A DNA stretch of 64,000 nucleotides, from IMG/VR virus record IMGVR_UViG_3300009158_000001, positions 96,001 to 160,000 of that record, one strand, 5' to 3'. Positions 34,840 through 44,494 of the stretch are shown here, piece by piece (within the stretch, counting starts at the first letter, position 1; each line of letters begins with the position of its first letter). The position numbers and the translations under genes were made by a program. This DNA comes from a virus. The notes below the pieces were generated by a model. The model did no database searches. It was not told the DNA's origin and saw nothing but the letters and a program-made list of their open reading frames with translations.

Positions 34840-35043
34840 ATGAAACATGTGCCCGGACATAGTTCGATGGATGAGCAGGCTATGGAGACTGTAATCTCTC
34901 ATGGGAAGTTTCTTCTTGAGAGAGCAAATGCAGTACTACATTTATATCCCCAGCTCCAAGAGTATAGGGATGCACTGGTAGAGATGCAGAAGTATGCCGA
35001 GAAGGCAATGGATAATGGACACTTCCCCGATTCCGACCTCTAA
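34840..35043 (+). CDS. hypothetical protein
   Basis: 67 aa, AGGTG SD. Confidence 0.6.
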   Translation: MKHVPGHSSMDEQAMETVISHGKFLLERANAVLHLYPQLQEYRDALVEMQKYAEKAMDNGHFPDSDL

Positions 35044-35061
35044 CGTCCTTAGGAGGACACC

Positions 35062-35244
35062 ATGCGAATAAAGCATAACATTATCGTTACGTGGAAAGAT
35101 TGTGACAAGGGGTGCTGCGAGGACTATAGGGTATTCCAGTTCTCTGGTAGTCCCGGACAGGCAATTAGGTTTTCCCAAGAGGTAGCAAAACTTCATCCTA
35201 CTACATTCCGTATTAGGATCTATCAATACGACAACGAGGAATAA
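35062..35244 (+). CDS. hypothetical protein
   Basis: AGGAGG SD. Confidence 0.65.
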   Translation: MRIKHNIIVTWKDCDKGCCEDYRVFQFSGSPGQAIRFSQEVAKLHPTTFRIRIYQYDNEE

Positions 35245-35246
35245 TC

Positions 35247-35705
35247 ATGAATATGAATACCGTTGAGGATATGCACAAGATCTTGAGAATCCTGGATGCC
35301 GAAGTAGCAAAGAGGAAGATTCCTTTTGATGTGATTCCAGAGAGAACAGCGGCGGAGTATCGTGCCCTGGCCGAAGACCATGAAGAGTATGTTGCTCTTC
35401 TTGCAAGAGAGAGGAAGGTAATCAATGCCTACTTCAATGCCGTTCAGATGCAGGAGTGGGCACAGAACCACAAGCGCTGGATACAGACGGGATTGAACGG
35501 TTATACTACCCATGAGTTGAGCCCTGTTGGCAAAGAGACCCTGAACAGATACCTCAACAAAGTAGTTGAGGAAATCTGGTGGGATGCCAATGAGGACCGT
35601 CTTGTGACAGAATTCGAAAGTTCCCGCCAGTACCTCGGCGATGATGATCGCAACTTTGAGTGGTACATCAACAGGGAATATGAAACTTACCTTCAAACCC
35701 TCTAA
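35247..35705 (+). CDS. hypothetical protein
   Basis: 152 aa, GAGGA SD, coupled to the previous gene. Confidence 0.75.
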   Translation: MNMNTVEDMHKILRILDAEVAKRKIPFDVIPERTAAEYRALAEDHEEYVALLARERKVINAYFNAVQMQEWAQNHKRWIQTGLNGYTTHELSPVGKETLNRYLNKVVEEIWWDANEDRLVTEFESSRQYLGDDDRNFEWYINREYETYLQTL

Positions 35706-36274
35706 CAGGAAAAACAATGAAAATGATACCTGTTGATCTTTGGATGAACTTTGATGGATGGCTAGACGAAAACTACGATCTTCTTGATAAGGAGTTCGTT
35801 GAGATCTATGGAAAGGATGGATCAAGTAAAGACTTTGGCCAGTTCGCTGCAAGTAAACACAATGAATACTGTGAATCCCTTAAGAAGTAAGAGGTGTACT
35901 GTGAATAAGTTTATCAATGTGACTGTCCGCGTTCCTACGTCCAACATCGTAATCAGTGAGTCTCATGACGACATTGATACTGCGATGTGTAGGGGAGAAA
36001 TTCTGTCTAAGGCCTTGGGCGGTTCTTGGACTATGACCTTCAATGCTAACCAGGTCAAGATCTAATGGTCTGGTATACTTGGCAATTTCGTTTCTTCCTT
36101 GCCTTTTGGCAACTTTACCTGTGAGGTTATAATGCACGAAATTAAGATTGATGATCATGTTGTCCAGCTCAATAACTGGCAGTTCGGTACTTTGTTCTTC
36201 TTTTGTTTGTCGGGGCTTGGCGCTCTCTCCATGGTTCTCATGGTTATCATCGACATCATCCGTTGGAGTATGCA

Positions 36275-36424
36275 ATGAAGATTACATTCAATGTTAACGA
36301 GTCCTTCGCTGAGGTTCATAGCCTTGGCTTCGCAACAACTTGCCTTCTTTTTGCCAGTCTCATCTCTGGCATCTCTTACTGGATCATCGCAGCAGTGATG
36401 TTCTTTGATTCCAGTTACGTATAG
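36275..36424 (+). CDS. small membrane protein
   Basis: GGAG SD, hydrophobic helix. Confidence 0.5.
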   Translation: MKITFNVNESFAEVHSLGFATTCLLFASLISGISYWIIAAVMFFDSSYV

Positions 36425-36527
36425 GACATATAATGAAGATGACGTTTCTGTATATCCTGGCAATCACCTTACTTATTACTGTGATCAAGATCATTCAGAT
36501 CCTTGATCCTACTTACTGGAGTTAGTC

Positions 36528-36692
36528 ATGAGCAAGACAAAGAAGTTTGAAAAGGTTCCCCGCCGTGATGTCGCCGCAATGACGCTTGCTTGCGGTGGTT
36601 TCAAGAACGGTAACCATGGAGATCCCCGCAAGGAGGAATCCAAGAATGGTTGCCGCAAGTTCAAGTTCAACAACAATTCCTCGGAGGAATAG
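36528..36692 (+). CDS. small basic hypothetical protein
   Basis: GGAG SD; MSKTKKFEKVPRR..., 54 aa. Confidence 0.55.
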   Translation: MSKTKKFEKVPRRDVAAMTLACGGFKNGNHGDPRKEESKNGCRKFKFNNNSSEE

Positions 36693-36974
36693 ATGTACGA
36701 GACAAAGAGTCTGATCATTGATGGGTTCCGTCACCTTACTTACGTTAGCCTTACCGCTAGCACACGTGATGGTCGAAAGGAACAACTTCGAGAGTACCGG
36801 ACAGCATTCAATTTGCTTCAGGATACCGCTCCTCTTTGGGATGAACACTTTGACATCAAAGAAGGATCCCGGAAGGCGCGTTACCGTATGGACTATCTCG
36901 AAAAGCACTTCGAGAATCTTGAGTGTATCATCCTTGTAGCAGAGGCAATCGCCCGCGCTGAAAACATCAAGTAG
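36693..36974 (+). CDS. hypothetical protein
   Basis: GGAGG SD, 93 aa. Confidence 0.7.
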   Translation: MYETKSLIIDGFRHLTYVSLTASTRDGRKEQLREYRTAFNLLQDTAPLWDEHFDIKEGSRKARYRMDYLEKHFENLECIILVAEAIARAENIK

Positions 36975-36983
36975 GAGAAGAAC

Positions 36984-37169
36984 ATGGAAAACGTAGATCC
37001 TATGGACAATGTCGACTCGCGCCTCTTTCAAATCAACTACCGAAACGCCGAAAACATTGCCTACCTAGTAGCAATGCTGGAAACAGTCTGGGGAGTTGAC
37101 CGTATCAATACACTAATGCTTGCTGTGCGGGACATTCGTATCAGTCAAGAAAACCACCAGGAGATCTAA
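36984..37169 (+). CDS. hypothetical protein
   Basis: AGGAG SD, 61 aa. Confidence 0.65.
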   Translation: MENVDPMDNVDSRLFQINYRNAENIAYLVAMLETVWGVDRINTLMLAVRDIRISQENHQEI

Positions 37170-37600
37170 TGAGAAGCATCCTTATGAGTACTGTATCCTT
37201 TACTATGGAGCATATCAATGGAACTGCAAACATTGTAGTCCCTGTGTGGTTTGTGTTTCTCTATACTGCGGCTAGTTTGATCTGGCCAGCCATTGCTATC
37301 TTGGCCCTCGTAAATAGAGGGTAGCCTCCTTCGTCGGCTAGTTCTTCCCTATTGGAGAGTAAACCTAAGATAGAGAAAACAATGATCAATGAAATCAAAC
37401 AACTTCTATTAGGAGCCGCAGGTCTCGCAGGTGCATTTCTTATAGTGCTTCTGTGCTTTGAAGTCTTGATCGCAATCAAAGACATCGCAATAGTTATGAT
37501 TAACTAGATAAAGGAGTAGCCTCCTGCGTCGGCTAGATGTCGTGCTATTGTGTCCTATTCAATAAGTTTCCTTCGATAAGAAGGGTAAGTGAGAGTTGTC

Positions 37601-38062
37601 ATGAAAGATAAGAATCGTGTTGAACTTCGTGGTCGTCTTGGTGCAGATCCTATTCTCTCTACTACGGAGACCGGACGTAGTCGGACTAGCCTTCGTCTCT
37701 GTACTAATTACGAGTATAAGACTGCTGATGGTACGGAAGTAAAGAACTCCGAGTGGCACACTATCGTTGTCTGGGGTAAGGCTGCCGAGAACGCAGTCAA
37801 GTACCTGTCAAAGGGTAGTGAAGCAGAGGTCGAGGGTCGTCTTCAGTCCCGTAAGTACACGGACAAGGCGGGAGTTGAGCGTTACACTACGGAGATCGTG
37901 GCGAACGAGATCAACTATGGTCGTCGTCCTACTGCTAAGACTGCAGAGGAAGCGGCCCCAGCTGCTCAGGCCAGTCCTGTTCAGCGTACTACGGTTCGTC
38001 GCCGAGAGAATGAGGTTACTGCTTCTAGTAACTTTCAGTCTGATGACGAGATTCCGTTCTAG
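37601..38062 (+). CDS. ssb: single-stranded DNA-binding protein
   Basis: NRVELRGRLGADP...EWHTIVVWGKAAE...KGSEAEVEGRLQSRKY...TEIVA; tail DDEIPF. Confidence 0.95.
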   Translation: MKDKNRVELRGRLGADPILSTTETGRSRTSLRLCTNYEYKTADGTEVKNSEWHTIVVWGKAAENAVKYLSKGSEAEVEGRLQSRKYTDKAGVERYTTEIVANEINYGRRPTAKTAEEAAPAAQASPVQRTTVRRRENEVTASSNFQSDDEIPF

Positions 38063-38090
38063 TCAACTACTAGGGTAAAACCTAGGCTGC

Positions 38091-38165
38091 GTGCCCGTAG
38101 CACAGTTGGATAGTTGCAACGGCCTTCTAAGCCGTAGGTCACTGGTTCAAGTCCAGTCGGGCACA
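38091..38165 (+). tRNA. tRNA-Arg(TCT)
   Basis: acceptor GTGCCCG/CGGGCAC; anticodon arm ACGGC-CTTCTAA-GCCGT; T loop TTCAAGT. Confidence 0.9.
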
Positions 38166-38210
38166 CTTTCCCCAAACGCTCTATATTCTAGAGTACAACA
38201 TGAGAGGTAT

Positions 38211-38525
38211 ATGATGAGTGATGTTTTGACCGCGAGTGGTGTGATTCGAGTTGGTTCTTCTAACCCTGCAGTTCCTACTGTAGCACGAGTTCGTACAGAG
38301 GCTGGGTCCTTTGTCGTAACCCGTTGCAAGATGGGTGGTGATGATATCGAGGTATGGAGCAATGGGGAGATTGGTGCCGAGGGATTCACCTTGGGCTTCA
38401 AGAACCTTCCTCTATTTCTAAAGCGACACAAGAAGGATGCGACGGGTAAGCCGCTTCATCCAGGTTATCGCGCTATTCAGATTCACGCACCTAATGCAGG
38501 TGCATTCTATCGAGTGGAGGGTTAA
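38211..38525 (+). CDS. hypothetical protein
   Basis: GAGG SD, MMSDVLTAS... Confidence 0.7.
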   Translation: MMSDVLTASGVIRVGSSNPAVPTVARVRTEAGSFVVTRCKMGGDDIEVWSNGEIGAEGFTLGFKNLPLFLKRHKKDATGKPLHPGYRAIQIHAPNAGAFYRVEG

Positions 38526-38528
38526 GTT

Positions 38529-38903
38529 ATGGCTGAAGGAGCAGTTGAGGCAGGAGTTATGGCAAAGGCGGCAAGCGCTGGCATGGCAGGTGCCCTGTGG
38601 GGTATCTTCGCTAGTGCCTTCCTTGTCATTCCAGCAATCTTTGGTTCGCTATTCGCACCAGCGCTAAAGAAGACTCATTCGACTATCACACGAAAGTTGG
38701 ATGAGACTAAGGTTGGGCAAGGCAAAACCACAGTACAGATGGCAGGCAAGAAGATGAGTAAGGTAGAGCGTGAACATCAGGCTCGTCTTGCTGAGATTAA
38801 TGCCGACCTTGAGGAGCAGAAGTTGCGTCAGGAACTGGCACGACTTTCTTCTCGTCGGAAGACAAAGAGCAGCGGACGTAACGCTAGCGCCCAGTCTATC
38901 TAA
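38529..38903 (+). CDS. membrane-anchored coiled-coil hypothetical protein
   Basis: GGAGG SD; N-terminal TM helix. Confidence 0.7.
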   Translation: MAEGAVEAGVMAKAASAGMAGALWGIFASAFLVIPAIFGSLFAPALKKTHSTITRKLDETKVGQGKTTVQMAGKKMSKVEREHQARLAEINADLEEQKLRQELARLSSRRKTKSSGRNASAQSI

Positions 38904-38905
38904 AG

Positions 38906-38940
38906 AAGACCCTCATCGCAAGATGGGGGTTTTTTCTTTT
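38906..38940 (+). terminator. intrinsic terminator
   Basis: ACCCTCATC-GCAA-GATGGGGGT plus T-run. Confidence 0.8.
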
Positions 38941-39306
38941 CCAAATCAGGGAGATCAGGGAGGCCGGTGCTTCAATAGACCGGTAACAGGATTCCAGCTC
39001 CCAGCTCCGTTCCGAGACCAGGGCAAGGACAAGAGTTACTAGCCAAAAAGAGTCGAGAGATTAACAGTCAAAAAGATAAAACTTTACTAGAAATAAAATG
39101 GACAAAAAGAGTCCAGAGTTACGAAGGCAGCTTTTACCCTATAGGGGTATATACAGTATATAGTATAGAGGTATATAGACTGGTCAAAAAGAGTCGAGAG
39201 AATAGCTTTATATGGCTTTTGGCATATAGGGGTATATAGAGGTATAAGACGGGCTTACGCGAGGACAAGGTATATTGGTATAGTTTGTAGGAGCGGGGTA
39301 GGTATA

Positions 39307-39400
39307 GCAGGGAATATGCAGGGAATCTGCAGGGAATATGCAGGGAATCTGCAAGGTATAACGCAGGGTTTGCAGGGAATATGCAGGGAACTAGCAGGTC
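39307..39400 (+). repeat. tandem 11-bp repeats GCAGGGAAT(A/C)T (iteron-like)
   Basis: four contiguous copies 39307-39350 plus further copies and variants to 39400, followed by an AT-rich stretch. Confidence 0.8.
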
Positions 39401-39571
39401 ATAGCATAGTCTAATACTGTATCCTCTATATACTCTTATATGCTTTATGCTATTTACTCTTTAAAACACTAGTTTATTTTAGGCGGCCTCCTGCGTCGGC
39501 TAAATTGCTTGTATTTACTTTTTGATCTTGTTTACGAAGATCTTTAACTAATCTTTAATGGAGACTTACCT

Positions 39572-40972
39572 ATGTATGACTTTAATGCGTTTGTTGAGGA
39601 TAAGCACTACCTGTGGACTAATATGATTGATCGTCTTGATATCAAGATGAAGAATATGCCGCCCAGAGTCAGTAGCAAGTCAAAAGACGGAGCTCGTAGA
39701 CTAAGTAATAAGTATCACTATATTAAGCCTATGATGTCCCGTCATTCGTCTCTTATTAACTTGGTTGCCAAGTTGGGCTACTGGCATAAGAATATTGACG
39801 ATAGACTTGATGCTGCTATCAGCACTATCTCTGCTTGCTATCAGACTACTGAGATGAGTAAGGGTCGTCGTGCCCTTCCTAGGGAGTCTAATGATCTTGT
39901 TGATCTTACTTGGGCTCTTAAGGATCTTCATAATGCTAAGGGATCCTGGGAAAAGTTCACTGTAAAGCGCGCTTTTAACCATGGGTATTCCTGCTTAAAG
40001 TATACTGATAGACGGCTAGTTCTTAATAAGATTCCCCAGTCTATTAGGACTATAAAGGCTTGGGATTCTGTTACAGTTTGGCCTACTGGCAGTATTGATG
40101 ACGATACTACTTTGTCTCTAATTCAGAATCATCCTGTTAATGCAGAATTCATTCAAGCTTACAAGTACCGTACCTTTAGTAATCGGCGGCTTAGTTGGTT
40201 CCATTCTGGTCTTGCTGCAGAGTATGTCCAGCTGATTCCTATTAATCATGCTGAACGTACTAGTAGTGATACTCTTCCTAAGCTACTCGCTGAGATTGAT
40301 AAGAACCAGGCTACTCTTTATACAAAGATGAGCCGAGTTAATGACGTTAAGATTCTTGATGGCTGGGTAAAGGCTATGAAGGATCTTCATCCTGTTAATG
40401 TTGGTACTGGTCTTGCAGAGGCTGTAGAGAAGTTTATCAAGGATGGATACCGTATGGGCCTTCCTGGTCTTCGAGCCAGAGATGAGCGTCTTAGTGCTAT
40501 TGATTACGAGAATATGAGTGTTCTTGAAATGATCAATGCTAGTGTTAATAATCATAGAATTGCGGCGGAACAGAATCGTCTTGCCTTGCTTAAGTATGAT
40601 GTTAATGTTCCTGACCGTGAGATGCCTACTCTTACTTTGCCTGAGCATCTTGAGACGATTCGGATCAAGACCTCTAATGAAATGAGAATTGCTGGCAGTG
40701 ACTGTGCACACTGTATTGGCAGCTACTATGATGATAGGAGCCATATGTTTTTCCGTAAAGGAAATGTATGTGCTATGGTCAGCATGACTAATGGTCAGAT
40801 TATTCAGTGCTTTGACCGGAATAATAAGAGCACTCCAGCTAGTAAGAACTTCTCTTCTTATCTCAACGCTGAGATTAAGAAGGCTAAGTTGGAATATCCT
40901 GCTCCTGCTCCGAAGAAAGTTAAATTTGCTATTCCTGCATATGGTTACGAAATGATTGATCCACCCTACTAA
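39572..40972 (+). CDS. PcfJ-like domain protein
   Basis: C-terminal EMRIAGSDCAHCIGSY...IIQCFDRNN pattern. Confidence 0.6.
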   Translation: MYDFNAFVEDKHYLWTNMIDRLDIKMKNMPPRVSSKSKDGARRLSNKYHYIKPMMSRHSSLINLVAKLGYWHKNIDDRLDAAISTISACYQTTEMSKGRRALPRESNDLVDLTWALKDLHNAKGSWEKFTVKRAFNHGYSCLKYTDRRLVLNKIPQSIRTIKAWDSVTVWPTGSIDDDTTLSLIQNHPVNAEFIQAYKYRTFSNRRLSWFHSGLAAEYVQLIPINHAERTSSDTLPKLLAEIDKNQATLYTKMSRVNDVKILDGWVKAMKDLHPVNVGTGLAEAVEKFIKDGYRMGLPGLRARDERLSAIDYENMSVLEMINASVNNHRIAAEQNRLALLKYDVNVPDREMPTLTLPEHLETIRIKTSNEMRIAGSDCAHCIGSYYDDRSHMFFRKGNVCAMVSMTNGQIIQCFDRNNKSTPASKNFSSYLNAEIKKAKLEYPAPAPKKVKFAIPAYGYEMIDPPY

Positions 40973-40985
40973 AAAGGAGAACTAA

Positions 40986-41207
40986 ATGTCCTACATTGGA
41001 GCTACTGTTACTGGTAATGAGAATATTCGTGAGTATCTTAAGAATGAACGCAATGAATTGAACTTTGATGAAATTGCACTTCAGCAAGCTGAAACATTTC
41101 ATCTAGTTCATAGTTCTTTTAGTGATCCTGGAGATGATTGGAATTCTTGGCGTCTTTATGATAAAGATCACTACGAGATTGCGCACATAACTCGTTCTGG
41201 ATATTAA
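40986..41207 (+). CDS. hypothetical protein, tandem paralogue 1
   Basis: 73 aa, aligns gap-free with the next ORF. Confidence 0.75.
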   Translation: MSYIGATVTGNENIREYLKNERNELNFDEIALQQAETFHLVHSSFSDPGDDWNSWRLYDKDHYEIAHITRSGY

Positions 41208-41429
41208 ATGCCTTTTAACGGAACTATCATTACTGGCAATGGGAACATTCGTACTTATCTCATAGATGGTAAATACGAATTGAAATTCTATGAACATCAA
41301 CTCAGTAGAGCTGTTAAGCTTAAGGTAGCTCATAGCTCTCTTAACGACCGTGGAAATGGTTGGAAGTCTTGGCGGCTTTACGATGAGAACAACGATAAGA
41401 TTGGCGATATCACACAATATGGATACTAA
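41208..41429 (+). CDS. hypothetical protein, tandem paralogue 2
   Basis: TGNxNIRxYL...HSSxxD...SWRLYD...GY shared with the previous ORF. Confidence 0.75.
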   Translation: MPFNGTIITGNGNIRTYLIDGKYELKFYEHQLSRAVKLKVAHSSLNDRGNGWKSWRLYDENNDKIGDITQYGY

Positions 41430-41756
41430 ATGGAAATTGAGACAGCTGTGATTGTGTTTTTGATCGTTGCTTTTATTTTAATTTGTTTGCCAATTTAGGC
41501 TAAAAAGAAAGAAAACCTTAGGTTTTATGCTAATTTTAACTATTTTTATTTTACTTTTAACTAGTAAAATAGATAGTCTGGAATACCGCATAGAACCTAG
41601 GGTTTTTTGTTTCTAAAAAATACATCAAAAGTATAACATACTGTAAAGTCTAGTATAATTACACTATGATTTAGGGCTAAACATAACTGTTTAGTTCCCT
41701 CTATACAGGTGGTGAAAATGTTTTAACAATACTATTTATTTATAGAGGATTTTCTA

Positions 41757-42335
41757 ATGTCAAACTCAACCGATTGCCCTAATTCTTTACTTGATTCCAT
41801 CAACAGTAAGCTTGATGATCTAAAGAAAAGTCATGAAAAACATGATAAAGCAATCGATGATCTAAAGACAATAGTCCTTGGATCTTATGATGGGAATCCC
41901 GGAATAAATATGCGTCTTAGAGACGTAGAAAAAGATCTTGATTCGCTTGCTGAACTTCAGCGTCAGCAGATAGAAGCAATTAATAAAACTATAGAGTTAA
42001 ATAGAACTGAGAATGAAAAATTACTTACGCGATTTACGATTGATCAAAATGACCGTATAGCTAAAGAAATTGAGCGTGTAAAAGCCGATATTCGCACAGA
42101 AAAAGAGAAAAAAGAATCAGAAAACCGTGAATGGCTAACTAGAACTATAGTTAGAACAATAATTGGTTTGCTTTTTGGCGGCTTAGCTCTTGGCTTTGCA
42201 AGCTTATTTAAAAATGAAGTAGCAAAAGCAGTGCAACAGCAACAAATACAAGATAGAGATACTGGATTTTATTACAAAGAACAAGAGTATATAGAAGACT
42301 CTGAACTTTATAAGAAAGTCTTCTCTATTATTTAA
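41757..42335 (+). CDS. coiled-coil protein with C-terminal TM (holin/XhlA-like)
   Basis: GNPGINMRL, coiled coil, TM RTIIGLLFGGLALGFASLF. Confidence 0.45.
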   Translation: MSNSTDCPNSLLDSINSKLDDLKKSHEKHDKAIDDLKTIVLGSYDGNPGINMRLRDVEKDLDSLAELQRQQIEAINKTIELNRTENEKLLTRFTIDQNDRIAKEIERVKADIRTEKEKKESENREWLTRTIVRTIIGLLFGGLALGFASLFKNEVAKAVQQQQIQDRDTGFYYKEQEYIEDSELYKKVFSII

Positions 42336-42397
42336 GTACTTTTTGATTATTTCTTATTATTAGTTATTTTTAGTAATTAATAATGAGGAGATAATAT

Positions 42398-42658
42398 ATG
42401 TACGTTTATGCTGATCCAATGAATAAGACTTGTCAGATTGTTGAATCTGAAGATATTCTTGATGCAATTGCTATTTCTAATGGCAGGGGAATTATTTATA
42501 AGACTGACGACAGCGAAGATGAGCCAGACGCATCATCTATGACAGACAATGAAGTTACCCAAGCTATGTACGATTCAATCGCTTGGAAAGACGGAATTCT
42601 TAGCAAACTTGGCAAAACTCTAATTGATTATTCAAATTTCAAAAATTATATTGATTAA
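42398..42658 (+). CDS. hypothetical protein
   Basis: GAGGAG SD. Confidence 0.7.
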   Translation: MYVYADPMNKTCQIVESEDILDAIAISNGRGIIYKTDDSEDEPDASSMTDNEVTQAMYDSIAWKDGILSKLGKTLIDYSNFKNYID

Positions 42659-42666
42659 GGACATTT

Positions 42667-42975
42667 ATGGAAACTCCTGAGAGTCTCAAAAGAAAGCTTA
42701 AAGAACTTGCTTTGATAGTGAAAATAGCTTCACAGACTTTATTTGATAAAAATAAAGTTGTACAGAATCCTCCTAGTCAAAGCCCTGAAAGTTAAATCTT
42801 GCAAAGATATAACGTAACAGATCTTAATTATTGTATTGTTTATACTTTTATGAAAGATGGGATTAAACAGTATATACTTTTTGGTCCTGATCTCTCTAAG
42901 TTTAAGCAGTTTAATGATGGTCAAGAGCTTGCAGATTATGCAACTTCTAATGGCTTAATATTGCAGTTTAAATAA
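42667..42975 (+). pseudogene. ORF interrupted by one in-frame TAA (42793)
   Basis: AAGGA SD + ATG; the same frame stays open 59 codons beyond the TAA and fills the gap between neighbours. Confidence 0.4.
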
Positions 42976-43016
42976 TATTTTTACCTATTAAGTAACACTT
43001 AATAAGAGGTGATAAT

Positions 43017-43415
43017 ATGGGACTTGATATGTATCTTAGGATTGAGAATACAGACAATCCTGAGGAAAACGATGAGGAGATTGCCGCTTGGCGTAAACAT
43101 GGCGATCTTAATGCCTGGTTTGAGAGACTATGGCTTACTAAGTATATGCCAGAAGAAACTACTCGTACGATTAAATTTGGCGACGACTATTTTGACGTTA
43201 GTGCATTTAATATTGAAAAAGTTTATCTAGATTTACAGGATCTTCAGGAACTTTTTGATGATTTGATTGCGCAAGAATTGCCAGATGCTAGTGGACCTTT
43301 TCATACTGCTAATGTGTCTAATCTAGATAGGCTTGCATATGATCTTGAAGCCGTAGCTAAGGCTTGTGTAGAAGTTATTCTTGGAAAGAAAGTTTACTAT
43401 ATCTGTTGGTGGTAA
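43017..43415 (+). CDS. conserved phage hypothetical protein
   Basis: MGLDMYL...WRK...YYxxWW pattern common in phages. Confidence 0.75.
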   Translation: MGLDMYLRIENTDNPEENDEEIAAWRKHGDLNAWFERLWLTKYMPEETTRTIKFGDDYFDVSAFNIEKVYLDLQDLQELFDDLIAQELPDASGPFHTANVSNLDRLAYDLEAVAKACVEVILGKKVYYICWW

Positions 43416-43547
43416 CATGGGAAGAATGAAAGACCTTGCTATTGATGAGCTTAATAAGCTTGCTGATGAGTCCTCTGATGAATATCTAGAAGACGAAGAG
43501 TCTTGGTATGTTGAAGACGATTATCTTTTTACAGAAGAGAATGACTA

Positions 43548-44018
43548 ATGAAACAAGAGCTACAAGACCAGCTTTATGCAAAATATCCTGATATCTTTGC
43601 TCAGAAAGATCTTCCTATGAACCAGACATGTATGTGTTGGGGCATTGATACTGGTGATGGCTGGTATCAGATTATTGATGATCTTTGTGCTAAGATTAAG
43701 GCTCATGTTGATGAGACTAAGCTTAAGTACCCTAAGTACAATATTGAGTTTGTTCAAGTAAAAGAGAAGTTTGGTACATTGCGTGTCTCTCTGGACTATA
43801 GCCATCCTGCTATTGATAAGTTTATCTCAGAAGCAGTAGCTCTTAGTGCTAAGACTTGCGATGTTTGTGGTGAGCCCGGACATTGCGGCTCATACAGGGG
43901 ATGGTGGATGACTTTGTGTAAGACTCATAGCGATGAGCATATTGCAGAAACTGGTAATAAGCTTGTAGAGCTTGACTATGAGGAAGACGAAGAGCAAGAC
44001 GAACCAGATGCTGAGTGA
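43548..44018 (+). CDS. conserved phage hypothetical protein with Zn-ribbon
   Basis: GDGW...QVKEKFGTLR...CDVCG...TLC. Confidence 0.8.
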   Translation: MKQELQDQLYAKYPDIFAQKDLPMNQTCMCWGIDTGDGWYQIIDDLCAKIKAHVDETKLKYPKYNIEFVQVKEKFGTLRVSLDYSHPAIDKFISEAVALSAKTCDVCGEPGHCGSYRGWWMTLCKTHSDEHIAETGNKLVELDYEEDEEQDEPDAE

Positions 44019-44086
44019 TGTTTTACTTTGTCTATTTATGATTACACTATTTACGTATACAGCAATACTACTTTATAGGAATTTAG

Positions 44087-44371
44087 ATGAGTGATTACCA
44101 ATACGACCTTGATTATAGCTTTACATGGAATCATAGAGTCCTTAAAACTACTAGTGAACTTGAAGGATCCGTTTATGAGGATTTTCGCATTGTAGAAGTA
44201 CAGTATAGAAATGGACTAATTTCGACTTACTGTGAGCCTTTTACAAGTGCAGAGTCCCTAGATCAGCTACAGAAAACCCTTAATCAGATGCAAGATGCAT
44301 TGAGTAAGCCTGTTCTTGTTCTAGAGGATTTTACTGACCTTGAAGAAGATGAGGAAGACGACAATGCCTGA
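44087..44371 (+). CDS. conserved phage hypothetical protein
   Basis: WNHRV...EVxY...DALSKPVL. Confidence 0.7.
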   Translation: MSDYQYDLDYSFTWNHRVLKTTSELEGSVYEDFRIVEVQYRNGLISTYCEPFTSAESLDQLQKTLNQMQDALSKPVLVLEDFTDLEEDEEDDNA

Positions 44372-44494
44372 TGAGTATGATCTGGAATTTAAGATTACTC
44401 AGCTTGAAAGACAAGTTGAGGATTTAATTACAAAAGTTGAAGATATCCGCGAAGATATTCAACATCTATTAAGTATGCAAAGAGAGGATAACTA

